The position numbers and the translations under genes were made by a program. This document shows, piece by piece, positions 15,252-22,739 of a stretch of 25,647 nt of DNA. The stretch comes from Kiritimatiellota bacterium. Its GTDB lineage: Bacteria > Verrucomicrobiota > Kiritimatiellia > Kiritimatiellales > Tichowtungiaceae. The notes under the pieces were generated by a model. That model did no database searches. It worked only from the letters and a program-made list of their open reading frames with translations, and was not told where the DNA came from. Positions within the stretch are counted from its first letter, which is position 1, and every line of letters starts with the position of its first letter. The stretch lies in the NCBI GenBank assembly GCA_014381785.1, contig JACNKZ010000074.1, positions 1-25,647 on the forward strand. The letters run 5' to 3'.

Positions 15252-16307
15252 CTAGCCTGCCCAGTTTTCGAGGGTGAGGTTGGGGTTCACATCCTCCGGT
15301 GCGGCGAAGGGCAGGCCCGCCCGCAGTTTGATGGCGGCGGCCCCGGCGATCATCGCGGCGTTATCGGTGCAAAATTTTGACGTTGAGAGCTTGAGCGGAA
15401 TGCCGGTTTTTTCGGAGAGCACGGCGAGCTTTGCGCGCAGGGGTTTATTGAGCGACACACCGCCGGCGCAGGAAAAGGAGGCGCACTTATATTTTTTGAG
15501 CGCGCGCTCCATTCGTCGGGTCAGCGCATCGGCGACTGCTTCCTGATAGCTGGCGGTCACATCCCGCTTTTCATTCTCGTCTTCGAGTGCGGATGGGTTT
15601 TTCTGCAGGTAGTAGAGCAGGGAGGTTTTCAGGCCGCTGAAGCTGAAGCAGAGTTTGCGGTCGTAGGAGTAGGTCCATTCACCGCCAGGGTTGTCGAGTC
15701 CGCGCGGGAAACGCACCGCGTTCGGGTTGCCGCCCTCGGCGAACTTCTGAATGACCGGCCCGCCGGGGTAGCCGAGGCCGAGCAGGGTGGCGCCTTTATC
15801 GAGCGCTTCGCCGGCAGCATCGTCGATGGTCTGGCCGATCACTTCGTAGTGTCCCGGTTCTTTCATGTAAACCAGACGGGTATCCCCGCCGGAAACCAGC
15901 AGGGTCAGCATAGGAAAAGAGCCTTCGAGCACGGGCGGCTCGTCGCCGAGGAAGACGGAGTAGATGTGCCCCTCGTGGTGATTCACGCCCATGATCGGCA
16001 GGTTGAGTCGCAGGGAGAGTGCGCGCGCGGCGGAGTAGCCGATCAGCAGTGAGCTGGACAGCCCGGGTCCGTAAGTAACGGCGATGCCGTCGAGATCGTC
16101 GAAGGTGCAGTTTGCCTCAGCCAGCGCCTGCTCAATAATTCCCGGCATTTTTTTGACATGGTCACGCGAGGCGATTTCCGGCACCACCCCGCCGTACGGT
16201 GCGTGCTTGGCGATTTGCGAGTAGATGGCGTTGGCCTTCACGGCACCATCTTTCACCACGGCCACGGCGGTTTCATCACACGAGCTTTCAATTCCTAACA
16301 GGATCAT
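15252..16307 (-). CDS. tsaD: tRNA N6-adenosine threonylcarbamoyltransferase TsaD
   Basis: MILLGIESSCDETAVAVV N-terminus, GVNHHEGH metal motif, and the full-length Kae1/TsaD pattern. ATG at 16307 is preferred over the GTG at 16319. Confidence 0.93.
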   Translation of the reverse strand: MILLGIESSCDETAVAVVKDGAVKANAIYSQIAKHAPYGGVVPEIASRDHVKKMPGIIEQALAEANCTFDDLDGIAVTYGPGLSSSLLIGYSAARALSLRLNLPIMGVNHHEGHIYSVFLGDEPPVLEGSFPMLTLLVSGGDTRLVYMKEPGHYEVIGQTIDDAAGEALDKGATLLGLGYPGGPVIQKFAEGGNPNAVRFPRGLDNPGGEWTYSYDRKLCFSFSGLKTSLLYYLQKNPSALEDENEKRDVTASYQEAVADALTRRMERALKKYKCASFSCAGGVSLNKPLRAKLAVLSEKTGIPLKLSTSKFCTDNAAMIAGAAAIKLRAGLPFAAPEDVNPNLTLENWAG

Positions 16308-16315
16308 ATTTTTAA

Positions 16316-16342
16316 CCACGAATGCACACGAATTTACACGAA
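16316..16342. repeat. Left terminal inverted repeat of the GxxExxY cassette (three ~10-bp ACACGAAT units)
   Basis: CCACGAATGCACACGAATTTACACGAA matches the reverse complement of 16719-16745 at 24 of 27 positions. Confidence 0.8.
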
Positions 16343-16352
16343 AGAGGGCAGA

Positions 16353-16739
16353 TTAGAGGACGATGCGTTCGTATTCCAGCTTTGCGTGTTTGAAGTTGAT
16401 AATGATGCCAAGTCGCAAGCCGATTATCCGTAGATAATTTAGCATTTGGCCTCGTTCATGATCGGTGATTTTATCGATAACTTTTGTATCGATGACGATT
16501 TTATCAAAAGCAATTAGATCGGGGATAAATGTACCTATCTTTTCCTGGCGGTAGAGAATCGGGAATTCCCGTTGTTGTTCGTAGGGGATGTTGTTGTGAC
16601 GAAACGCAATGGTCAGCGCATTCTCATAGGGCTTTTCATGATACCCGTGTCCCACTTCCTTGAGCACATCCAGCGCGCGCCCAATGATTTGATAGCTTTC
16701 CTCTTTAAAGAGAATCTGTTCGTGTGGATTCGTGTCCAT
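16353..16739 (-). CDS. GxxExxY family protein (PD-(D/E)XK nuclease-like fold)
   Basis: GHGYHEKPYENAL (G-x2-E-x2-Y), IPDLIAFDKIVIDTKV and QMLNYLRIIGLRLGIIINF fit the GxxExxY family. The ATG at 16739 gives 128 aa, the typical family size. Confidence 0.85.
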   Translation of the reverse strand: MDTNPHEQILFKEESYQIIGRALDVLKEVGHGYHEKPYENALTIAFRHNNIPYEQQREFPILYRQEKIGTFIPDLIAFDKIVIDTKVIDKITDHERGQMLNYLRIIGLRLGIIINFKHAKLEYERIVL

Positions 16740-16745
16740 TCGTGG
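16719..16745. repeat. Right terminal inverted repeat of the GxxExxY cassette, overlapping its start codon
   Basis: TTCGTGTGGATTCGTGTCCATTCGTGG has 10-bp periodicity. The start codon (16739-16737, minus strand) lies inside the repeat and encodes MDTNPHE. Confidence 0.8.
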
Positions 16746-16750
16746 TTTGG

Positions 16751-17992
16751 TTATTTTTTCCACTCCTGAGAGATAATCATTCCTTTGAGCGCGCCGATGG
16801 CGGCATCAAGCTGCACGTCACGGATTTCCGGCTCGGTGTTGAGCAGTTCGTCTGTTTCGTCAGGGTCCTGCGCTTCCTGGATGCGCAGCAGGAAGAGATC
16901 TTCGGCTGGCATGGTAACGGTGTGATCCGGCTCAATACCGTGGTCATGAATAACCCGCTCGCTCGGGGTGTAGTATTTGGCGGTGGTGAGTTTGACGGCG
17001 GAGCCGTCTTCGAGCGGCACAAGACTCTGCACGGAGCCTTTGCCGAAGGTTTTTTCGCCGACGAGCATCGCCCGTTTATGATCCTGCAGCGCGCCAGCCA
17101 CGATCTCAGAGGCGCTGGCGCTGCCGCCGTTGATAAGAATCACCATCGGGAAATTTTTGGCGGTGTAGTGGGTGAGCCCGTTCGATGTAAACCGCCGGTC
17201 TTCTGAGCCTGCTTCGCGGCCCTTGGTGAAGACAATTAACTTGCCGCGCGGCAGAAACAGTTCGGCCACTTCAGCGGCGGAGGTCAGCAGGCCGCCGGGA
17301 TTTCCGCGCAGGTCGAGCACCAGTCCGGTCAACCCTTCGTCGACGAGCGTTTTAAGCGCGGCTTTTAGATCGGTGCCGGTCGGCTCATTGAATTGGGTGA
17401 TGCGGATGTAGCCGATTCCATCCTGAACCATTTTGGCATCTTTCACGCTCGCGACATCAATTTCCTCGCGGGTGATGGTGATCTCTTCGACCTTATGAGT
17501 AGAAGGGCGCAGGGTTTTAAGTTGCACGTCGGTTCCGGGCTCGCCGCGCATCAGCTTCACGGAATCAGAGAGACTGAGCTCCCGGGTTTCCTGTTTATCG
17601 ACTTCCAGGATGACATCGCCGGATACAATGCCGGCGCGGAAACCGGGCGTGTCCTCCATTGGCGAAACGACGGTGAGCAGGCCGTCTTTCATGCTGATCA
17701 CGATGCCGATGCCGCCGAAGCTGCCGGCGGTGTCGTCTCTCATATCTTGGTATTCCTCCGCGTCCATGAACTGGCTGTAGGGATCGAGGTTTTGGAGCAT
17801 GCCGGTAAGTGCGTGGCGAATCAGGGCGTCATATCCCGCCTCATCCGTGTCGACATAGTTGCGGTGCACCTCCTCGAGAACCTTGGTGAACAGCCCGATT
17901 GCCTCGTAGGCATTGGTGAACGGCTCGGACGCGTGCGCGCCGCCGCTCAGGACGATCAGTAAAGACAGTGTGGCGAGAAGTTTACGTTTCAT
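16751..17992 (-). CDS. S41-family C-terminal processing peptidase (CtpA/Prc-like) with PDZ domain
   Basis: Signal peptide MKRKLLATLSLLIVLSGGAHA, FGGIGIV, PDZ segment, LDLRGNPGGLL, GGSASASEIVAGALQD, GEKTFGKGSVQ. Confidence 0.92.
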   Translation of the reverse strand: MKRKLLATLSLLIVLSGGAHASEPFTNAYEAIGLFTKVLEEVHRNYVDTDEAGYDALIRHALTGMLQNLDPYSQFMDAEEYQDMRDDTAGSFGGIGIVISMKDGLLTVVSPMEDTPGFRAGIVSGDVILEVDKQETRELSLSDSVKLMRGEPGTDVQLKTLRPSTHKVEEITITREEIDVASVKDAKMVQDGIGYIRITQFNEPTGTDLKAALKTLVDEGLTGLVLDLRGNPGGLLTSAAEVAELFLPRGKLIVFTKGREAGSEDRRFTSNGLTHYTAKNFPMVILINGGSASASEIVAGALQDHKRAMLVGEKTFGKGSVQSLVPLEDGSAVKLTTAKYYTPSERVIHDHGIEPDHTVTMPAEDLFLLRIQEAQDPDETDELLNTEPEIRDVQLDAAIGALKGMIISQEWKK

Positions 17993-18004
17993 AAGGCTAT
18001 CCCT

Positions 18005-18050
18005 TTCCAAAGGTTGGAAGATTTTTACCGTAAAGTTTCGAGCCTTGGAA
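18005..18050. repeat. Iterated palindrome pair between thiE and the S41 peptidase gene
   Basis: 18005-18019 TTCCAAAGGTTGGAA (perfect) lies 12 nt upstream of the S41 ATG. 18036-18050 TTTCGAGCCTTGGAA has 2 mismatches. Centres are 31 bp apart. Confidence 0.85.
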
Positions 18051-18081
18051 GCCATAGCATGGCGGCAAGCGGGTTTTTCTG

Positions 18082-18720
18082 TTATTGAGCGCAGCTGGCC
18101 CAGATCTTCTGGAGCTTGCGAATTTCCACTTCCGGGGTTTGGCTCTGCATGATGGCGCGCACAGCGCAGTAGTTTACTGCGCCGGCATTTAAAATTTCTG
18201 CCAGATTGGTTTCATCAATTCCGCCGAGCACCACATGGGGCAGGGGCGTGGCCTTGGCGATTGCGCCCGCGCGTTCGATGCCGAGGGCGGGGTCCGCAAT
18301 GGCTTTGGTCGGCGTCGGGAAAACCGGGCCGATGCCGATGTAGTCCGGCTGTTGCGCAATCGCCGCTTCCGCCTGCTCCTCGCTGTGCGTTGAAAGGCCG
18401 AAGATTTTCCCGGGCGCGTCCCAGATTCTGCGGGCCTCGGCAATCGGCATATCGCTCTGGCCGAGGTGCACGCCGTCGGCGTCCACCTCTTTGGCAATGG
18501 TCACATCGTCGTTGACGATAAACAGGCTGTCGGTGCCGCGCGTCACTTCGCGGATTTTCGAGGCTTCGGAAACAATTTCATCGCGCGTCGCGCCCTTCAT
18601 CCGCAACTGGATAAACGGCACGCCGCAGGCCACACCCGCTTTCGCGCACGCGTCGTATCCGACCAAGGGGTCGGTCATTACCATGTAGAGTCCGTAAGAA
18701 GTTTTCATGCCATCAAGCAT
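18082..18720 (-). CDS. thiE: Thiamine-phosphate synthase
   Basis: GLYMVMTDP, VHLGQSDMP, GLSTHSEEQ, DYIGIGPVFPTPTK and VVLGGI motifs. Start at 18720 or 18708. The ORF-track start at 18837 reads through a repeat hairpin. Confidence 0.9.
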   Translation of the reverse strand: MLDGMKTSYGLYMVMTDPLVGYDACAKAGVACGVPFIQLRMKGATRDEIVSEASKIREVTRGTDSLFIVNDDVTIAKEVDADGVHLGQSDMPIAEARRIWDAPGKIFGLSTHSEEQAEAAIAQQPDYIGIGPVFPTPTKAIADPALGIERAGAIAKATPLPHVVLGGIDETNLAEILNAGAVNYCAVRAIMQSQTPEVEIRKLQKIWASCAQ

Positions 18721-18821
18721 ACAGGTTTTGTTGACCGTGAAAAGCGTCCGAAAGCGAAGCGACAGATAATTTGCGAATGCAAATAATGAACGAAGTGAAT
18801 GATTCAAAATCGTAAAGGTAG

Positions 18822-18888
18822 AAAGTGGGACAGGCATCCTGCCTGTCTACCCATGCACTGCAGACAGGCAGGATGCCTGTCCCACTTT
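18822..18888. repeat. Perfect 27-bp inverted repeat with 13-nt loop (GC-rich REP-like element) between thiH and thiE
   Basis: AAAGTGGGACAGGCATCCTGCCTGTCT (18822-18848) and AGACAGGCAGGATGCCTGTCCCACTTT (18862-18888). Each arm also contains its own palindrome, GACAGGCA-N3-TGCCTGTC. The right arm overlaps the thiH stop codon. Confidence 0.9.
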
Positions 18889-19987
18889 ACCTATAAGCCG
18901 CATCCCAGTTTTTAAAGACGGGTTCCAGTTTGCGTTCGCGGAGCATGGTGCAAAAGGTCGTCACGTCGCGGTTGTCGTTCACGTCGAACTGTCCTTCGTC
19001 GGAGCCTACATCTCCATAGCCGCCGACGGTGGTTTTACTGGCAACACTCATCTTATTGCATCCGAGCCCGGCCATGCCGTCGCGGAAGGCGGCAGACTCG
19101 CGGGTGGAGAGCACCAGCGGGACATCGGGCAGGCAGATGCGGAAGGCGAAGACAAACTGCGCGAGCTGCTGTTCTGAAACCGGATGCGGGGCGGTAAAGC
19201 CCCCCGCTTCGTTCTGGATGCGCGGGAAGGAGATGCTTAAGCCCGCCTGCCACCGGGTTTTCTGCAGGTGGCGCACATGCCGGTAGAGCGCGAGCAGGTC
19301 AAACTGCGGATCGGCCAGCCCGAGCAGTGCGCCGAGCCCGGCGAAGCGCAGGCCGCCGCCCAGTGCGCGGCCGGGCGCATCGATCCGTTCGAGCATTTCA
19401 CTTTTCGGCCCCCAGCGGTGCATCTGCTGATAGGTCTGCGGGTGATAGGTTTCCTGATAGAGCGTCACGCCGGTGCAGCCCGCTTCGGCGAGCTGCCCGT
19501 ACTCTTTTTCAGACATTGGAAAAACCTCGATGGTGACCTTGTGGAAATGGTTCGCGGCCAGCTCAACACATTTCAAAACGTAATCGAAGTCTGCCTGCGG
19601 TGTGCGTTCGCCGGTCAGCAGCAGGATTTCTTCCAGCCCCATTTTTTTGAGCGCGGCCAGTTCGGTTTCAACCTGATCGAAGGAGAGCTTGTGGCGTTCG
19701 GTGTCGCGATCGGACGCAAATCCGCAGTAGGCGCAACCGCCGGGGCAGAAGCTCGATAGATAGAGCGGAACGTAGAGCTGGATGGTGCGGCCGAAGTGGC
19801 GGCGCGTCAGTGCCTGCGCGCGCGCGGCCATGGGTTCGATGAAGTCCGCGGCGGCGGGGGAAAGCAGCGCGGCCAGCGTCTTTTCGTCCGGCGACTCCGC
19901 GCCGAGGGCGCGTTGAACCTCCGCAGCCGAAAAGATGCGGTTCAGCCACGGGGACGGGTCGAGCCAAGTAGGGAGAGAGTTGCTCAT
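18887..19987 (-). CDS. thiH: 2-iminoacetate synthase ThiH (radical SAM)
   Basis: [10 protein letters not shown] radical-SAM cluster motif, ThiH-length protein, and position between thiG and thiE. ATGA overlap with the thiG stop. Confidence 0.88.
   Translation of the reverse strand: MSNSLPTWLDPSPWLNRIFSAAEVQRALGAESPDEKTLAALLSPAAADFIEPMAARAQALTRRHFGRTIQLYVPLYLSSFCPGGCAYCGFASDRDTERHKLSFDQVETELAALKKMGLEEILLLTGERTPQADFDYVLKCVELAANHFHKVTIEVFPMSEKEYGQLAEAGCTGVTLYQETYHPQTYQQMHRWGPKSEMLERIDAPGRALGGGLRFAGLGALLGLADPQFDLLALYRHVRHLQKTRWQAGLSISFPRIQNEAGGFTAPHPVSEQQLAQFVFAFRICLPDVPLVLSTRESAAFRDGMAGLGCNKMSVASKTTVGGYGDVGSDEGQFDVNDNRDVTTFCTMLRERKLEPVFKNWDAAYR
19507..19521. repeat. Degenerate iterated palindrome inside thiH
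   Basis: TTTTTCAGACATTGGAAAAA keeps the T/A-run flanks. It has 2 mismatches to consensus and 1 to the 10385 copy. Translated as FPMSEK. Confidence 0.6.
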
Positions 19988-20793
19988 GAGAGAAATGATG
20001 TCAGGGGGCTGGAGGCCACGGCGACTTCGGATTTTGGCATGAGGCCCGCTTGGCGGGCGGCAAAACCGGTTTTAACGCCCAGCGCGAAGGCTCTGGCCAT
20101 GCCGGACGGATCGTTGGCCGCCGCAATGGCGGAGTTGACCAGGCAGGCGTCGCAGCCCATTTCCATGGCGCGGGCGGCTTCGGACGGCGCGCGCAGTCCG
20201 GCGTCGACGATGACGGGAATATTGCTGTCGCGGATGATCAGTTTGATCATTTCGGCGGTGGAAAGACCCCCGCCGGAGCCGATGGCGGCGCCGAGCGGCA
20301 TAACGGCCGCGCACCCGACATCTTCGAGTTTTTTGGCGAGGACGGGATCGGCCGGGATGTAAGGCAGAACGATGAAGCCGTCAGCGGCCAGCTCTTTGGC
20401 GGCGAGATAGGTTTCGATCGCATCGGGCATCAGGTGGTGCGGGTTGGGGTGGATTTCTACTTTCACAAAGGGGCTTCCGCTCAGTTCGCGACCGAGCTGC
20501 GCGGCGCGCACCGCCTCTTTGGCGTTCATGGCCCCGGAGGTGTTGGGCATCAGCTTGACGTTTTTGAGTTTGGCGAGCGGCGCGCACAGATCGTCGTCCG
20601 GCTTGTCGCGGTTAAAGCGGCGCAGGGCGACCGTCACCAGTTCGGTGCCGGACGCTTCGATGGCCTGAATCATCGTTTGGGTATCCGAAAATTTTCCGGT
20701 TCCTAAAATAAGTCGGGACGTAAATTCAACGCCTCCGAGAATGAGTTTTTGAGTGCCGACCTCTGATTTCTGATTTCTGACTTCTGATTTCAT
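19984..20793 (-). CDS. thiG: Thiazole synthase ThiG
   Basis: [46 protein letters not shown]. The ATG at 20793 lies 1 nt after the thiS stop. The N-terminus [12 protein letters not shown] is encoded by a 7-bp tandem repeat. Confidence 0.92.
   Translation of the reverse strand: MKSEVRNQKSEVGTQKLILGGVEFTSRLILGTGKFSDTQTMIQAIEASGTELVTVALRRFNRDKPDDDLCAPLAKLKNVKLMPNTSGAMNAKEAVRAAQLGRELSGSPFVKVEIHPNPHHLMPDAIETYLAAKELAADGFIVLPYIPADPVLAKKLEDVGCAAVMPLGAAIGSGGGLSTAEMIKLIIRDSNIPVIVDAGLRAPSEAARAMEMGCDACLVNSAIAAANDPSGMARAFALGVKTGFAARQAGLMPKSEVAVASSPLTSFLS
20761..20793. repeat. Heptanucleotide tandem repeat (about 4.5 units) covering the thiG start and first codons
   Basis: CTCTGAT TTCTGAT TTCTGAC TTCTGAT TTCAT on the plus strand. 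On the minus strand it encodes [12 protein letters not shown]. Confidence 0.8.
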
Positions 20794-20794
20794 A

Positions 20795-20989
20795 TCAGCC
20801 TCCTCCCACAAAGGTGAGCACTTCGACGCTGTCGCCGTCGCTGAATTTAAAATTGTTCCAATCCTTGGAAAAAACGAGATCGCCGTTGACGGTGATCGCG
20901 GTGTATTCGGGGTTGGCGCCGAGTTCGGAGAGCAGGGCGGCGATGGTGCCGGCGTGTTCGTGGCTTTCGCCGTTAACTGTCAGATTCAT
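20795..20989 (-). CDS. thiS: Sulfur-carrier protein ThiS
   Basis: 64 aa, [11 protein letters not shown]..., ends in GG (FVGGG). AGGAGA SD. First gene after the TPP riboswitch. Confidence 0.88.
   Translation of the reverse strand: MNLTVNGESHEHAGTIAALLSELGANPEYTAITVNGDLVFSKDWNNFKFSDGDSVEVLTFVGGG
20856..20870. repeat. Iterated palindrome copy inside thiS
   Basis: TTCCAATCCTTGGAAAAAA, perfect. Translated on the minus strand as SKDWN. Confidence 0.85.
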
Positions 20990-21052
20990 AAAATCTCCTA
21001 TTTTATGAATGGAGTACTGGAGTGGGGGATTGTTGGATGGGTGGGTAACCCT

Positions 21053-21080
21053 TTCCATTAATCCTGTATTCCATTAATCC
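21053..21080. repeat. Direct 12-bp repeat (TTCCATTAATCC, 16-bp period) in the thiS leader downstream of the riboswitch terminator
   Basis: Copies at 21053-21064 and 21069-21080, enclosed by the complementary GGATGG.../...CCCATCC segments. Confidence 0.7.
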
Positions 21081-21103
21081 ATCCATCCGCGTTCTTCATG
21101 AAC

Positions 21104-21138
21104 GCAAAAAACTCCCGGCGCAGACGACGGGAGTTTTT
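21104..21138 (-). terminator. Intrinsic terminator forming the expression platform of the TPP riboswitch
   Basis: On the minus strand, ACTCCCG-N10-CGGGAGT is followed by TTTTTT. The 5' arm ACUCCC can alternatively pair with the GGGAGU of the aptamer's closing helix (anti-terminator logic). Confidence 0.8.
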
Positions 21139-21140
21139 AA

Positions 21141-21226
21141 CGTCACTCCCTTTCGCCGGTACTAACCGGATCAGGTTCTGCGGGTATTATCTCAGCGCTC
21201 CAAAAAAGAGGCACCCCGGGAACAGG
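21141..21226 (-). promoter_or_regulatory. TPP (THI-box) riboswitch aptamer
   Basis: Minus strand reads GGGGUGCC...GCGCUGAGAUAAUACCCGCAGAACCUGAUCCGGUUAGUACCGGCGAAAGGGAG. It contains the conserved CUGAGA, ACCC and AACCUGAUCCGG...CCGGCG..AGGGA elements of the TPP riboswitch. It lies upstream of thiS. Confidence 0.9.
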
Positions 21227-21333
21227 CTTGAGAGGATGCCAAGGTGGGGTGGAAAAGCATAGATCAAAAAAGCGCTTATTTTGTGTTGCGCCGTTCGCTC
21301 CGTTTGTTATCTTGCTCGCTCGCTTTTGCCGAT

Positions 21334-21408
21334 GGCCCCATCGTTCAGCGGTTAGGACTCCAGGTTTTCATCCTGGCAACACGGGTTCGATTCCCGTTGG
21401 GGTCACCA
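21334..21408 (+). tRNA. tRNA-Glu (anticodon UUC), CCA encoded
   Basis: GGCCCCATCGTTCAGCGGTTAGGACTCCAGGTTTTCATCCTGGCAACACGGGTTCGATTCCCGTTGGGGTCACCA. Acceptor stem GGCCCCA/TGGGGTC, anticodon stem CCAGG/CCTGG with loop TTTTCAT, T-arm CGGGTTCGATTCCCG. Confidence 0.93.
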
Positions 21409-21580
21409 TTCGACGCGCTCGTTTCACTCGCTTGCTCATGGCAGGCCATTCGACCCTCAATTCATCAGCAGGATATCGTTTTATCTTGGCGCGGCGAATG
21501 TCCCGGATCCGTCCCGCGTACAGCTGAACGAAGTTTTTTGCACCATTTGGCAGGAATGGGAAATTTTGTGTGATGTCAAA

Positions 21581-21652
21581 AAAGTGGAGCAGACACTCCT
21601 GTCTGCTCATCCCTGCGAGCCAGAAAAGGGCAGACAGGAGCGTCTGCCCCAC
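21581..21652. repeat. Inverted pair of GC-rich REP-like hairpins, same family as 18822-18888
   Basis: AAAGTGGAGCAGACActccTGTCTGCTC (21581-21608) and GGGCAGACaggagcGTCTGCCCCAC (21628-21652). The AAAGTGG/CCCAC flanks and CAGAC/GTCTG stems parallel the thiH-thiE element. Confidence 0.7.
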
Positions 21653-21654
21653 AT

Positions 21655-21690
21655 AACAAAAAAGCCGCCCCTTTCGGAGCGGCTTTTTTT
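21655..21690. terminator. Bidirectional intrinsic terminator (fabI on minus strand, tRNA-Glu transcript on plus strand)
   Basis: AAAAAAGCCGCCCCTTTCGGAGCGGCTTTTTTT. GC-rich stem flanked by an A-run and a T-run. Confidence 0.8.
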
Positions 21691-21759
21691 GACCTGCATA
21701 GCCCGCTGGCGACGCAGGTTTCAGGGGTTGCCTGCCCCGAGCGGAGTCGAAGGGGAAGC

Positions 21760-22650
21760 TTATTTTTCGCTCTCGTGCGAGGCTTTCAGTTCCCGCATCC
21801 GCTCCAGGCGTTCCTTGGCGGCTTGCTTCCGCTTGGCGGGCATGGATTTGATCGGCCGCTCTCTGGGAAGCAGTTCGCCTCCGACCACCGAGGCGCCGCC
21901 ATCCACATAGAGGGTCTGGCCGGTGATTTTTTTGGAGCCTTCACCCAGCAGGAAAACCACAGCATGAGCGACTTCTTTTTTGTCGTTGATGACATCCCAC
22001 GGCAGCGGGCTCATTTTTTTCCAGACGCGCGCCAGATGGGCGAAGTGCGGGATGGATTTCGCGGCCTTGGTGGCCAGCGGGCCGGCGGAGACCGCATTGA
22101 CGCGGACGTGCTCGCGGCCGTATTCACGGGCCAGCGCACGCACCAGCGCTTCGAGGGCGGCTTTGTTGACGCCCATCCAGTTGTAGAAGGGGAAGGCAAC
22201 CTGCGAGGCGAACGAGAGAGTTACGACCGATCCGCCTTTATGCATGTGCTCCTGCCCGAAATGGGCAACCGTCGCCAGTGAGGCGCAGCTGATGTGGAAG
22301 CCCTGTTTAATGTCCTCAACCGCATTGGTGTAAATGCTGTCACCCAGGCAGGTCTTCGGGTTGGCAAAGCCGATGGAGTGAACCACGCCGTAGATTTCGC
22401 CGATCCCGTTGAATAGGTTGCGGACTTCGTTTTCGACAGTGACATCACAGTAGCGGATGTCCATCTCATCTTTAACTTCCTGGGGGAGGTCGGTGCAGCC
22501 GCGGTCGAAAAAGATCTTTTTCAGCCGTTCGTTCTGCACCGTGTAAATTACTTTTCCGCCGAGATCTTCAATCATCTTCCCGGTGGCGTAGGCGATGGAG
22601 TCTGTATTCAGAAGCCCCATCACGACATAGGTTCCGCCTTTTTTAATCAT
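21760..22650 (-). CDS. fabI: Enoyl-[acyl-carrier-protein] reductase, FabI-like SDR with basic C-terminal tail
   Basis: GLLNTDSIAYATG N-terminal fold, the FabI-type Y-x6-K (YNWMGVNKAALE), and VNAVSAGPLATKAAKSI. It carries an extra Lys/Arg/Glu-rich tail of about 35 aa. Confidence 0.82.
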   Translation of the reverse strand: MIKKGGTYVVMGLLNTDSIAYATGKMIEDLGGKVIYTVQNERLKKIFFDRGCTDLPQEVKDEMDIRYCDVTVENEVRNLFNGIGEIYGVVHSIGFANPKTCLGDSIYTNAVEDIKQGFHISCASLATVAHFGQEHMHKGGSVVTLSFASQVAFPFYNWMGVNKAALEALVRALAREYGREHVRVNAVSAGPLATKAAKSIPHFAHLARVWKKMSPLPWDVINDKKEVAHAVVFLLGEGSKKITGQTLYVDGGASVVGGELLPRERPIKSMPAKRKQAAKERLERMRELKASHESEK

Positions 22651-22739
22651 CGCTGTTCCTTTCGCCGCCGAACAGGCGGTTTGGATTTAAAAGCGCCGGA
22701 CAATGCCAGACTCGCTGTGAAAAAAAAGCCTTTTGTTGC

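Noticed and set aside
20761-20793. The heptamer repeat in thiG as a phase-variation switch.
   Set aside because: There are only about 4 imperfect units (CTCTGAT/TTCTGAT/TTCTGAC), too few and too heterogeneous for efficient slippage. Switching off thiazole synthesis has no obvious benefit. It is kept only as part of the tandem-module observation.
21228-21573. Two ORFs (99 and 109 aa) overlapping the tRNA-Glu gene.
   Set aside because: They are spurious, since the region folds as a canonical tRNA. The translations have no features.
21409-21760. Integrated element or genomic island at the 3' end of tRNA-Glu.
   Set aside because: I found no integrase and no direct repeat of the tRNA 3' end. The 350-bp stretch holds only REP-like hairpins and a terminator before fabI.
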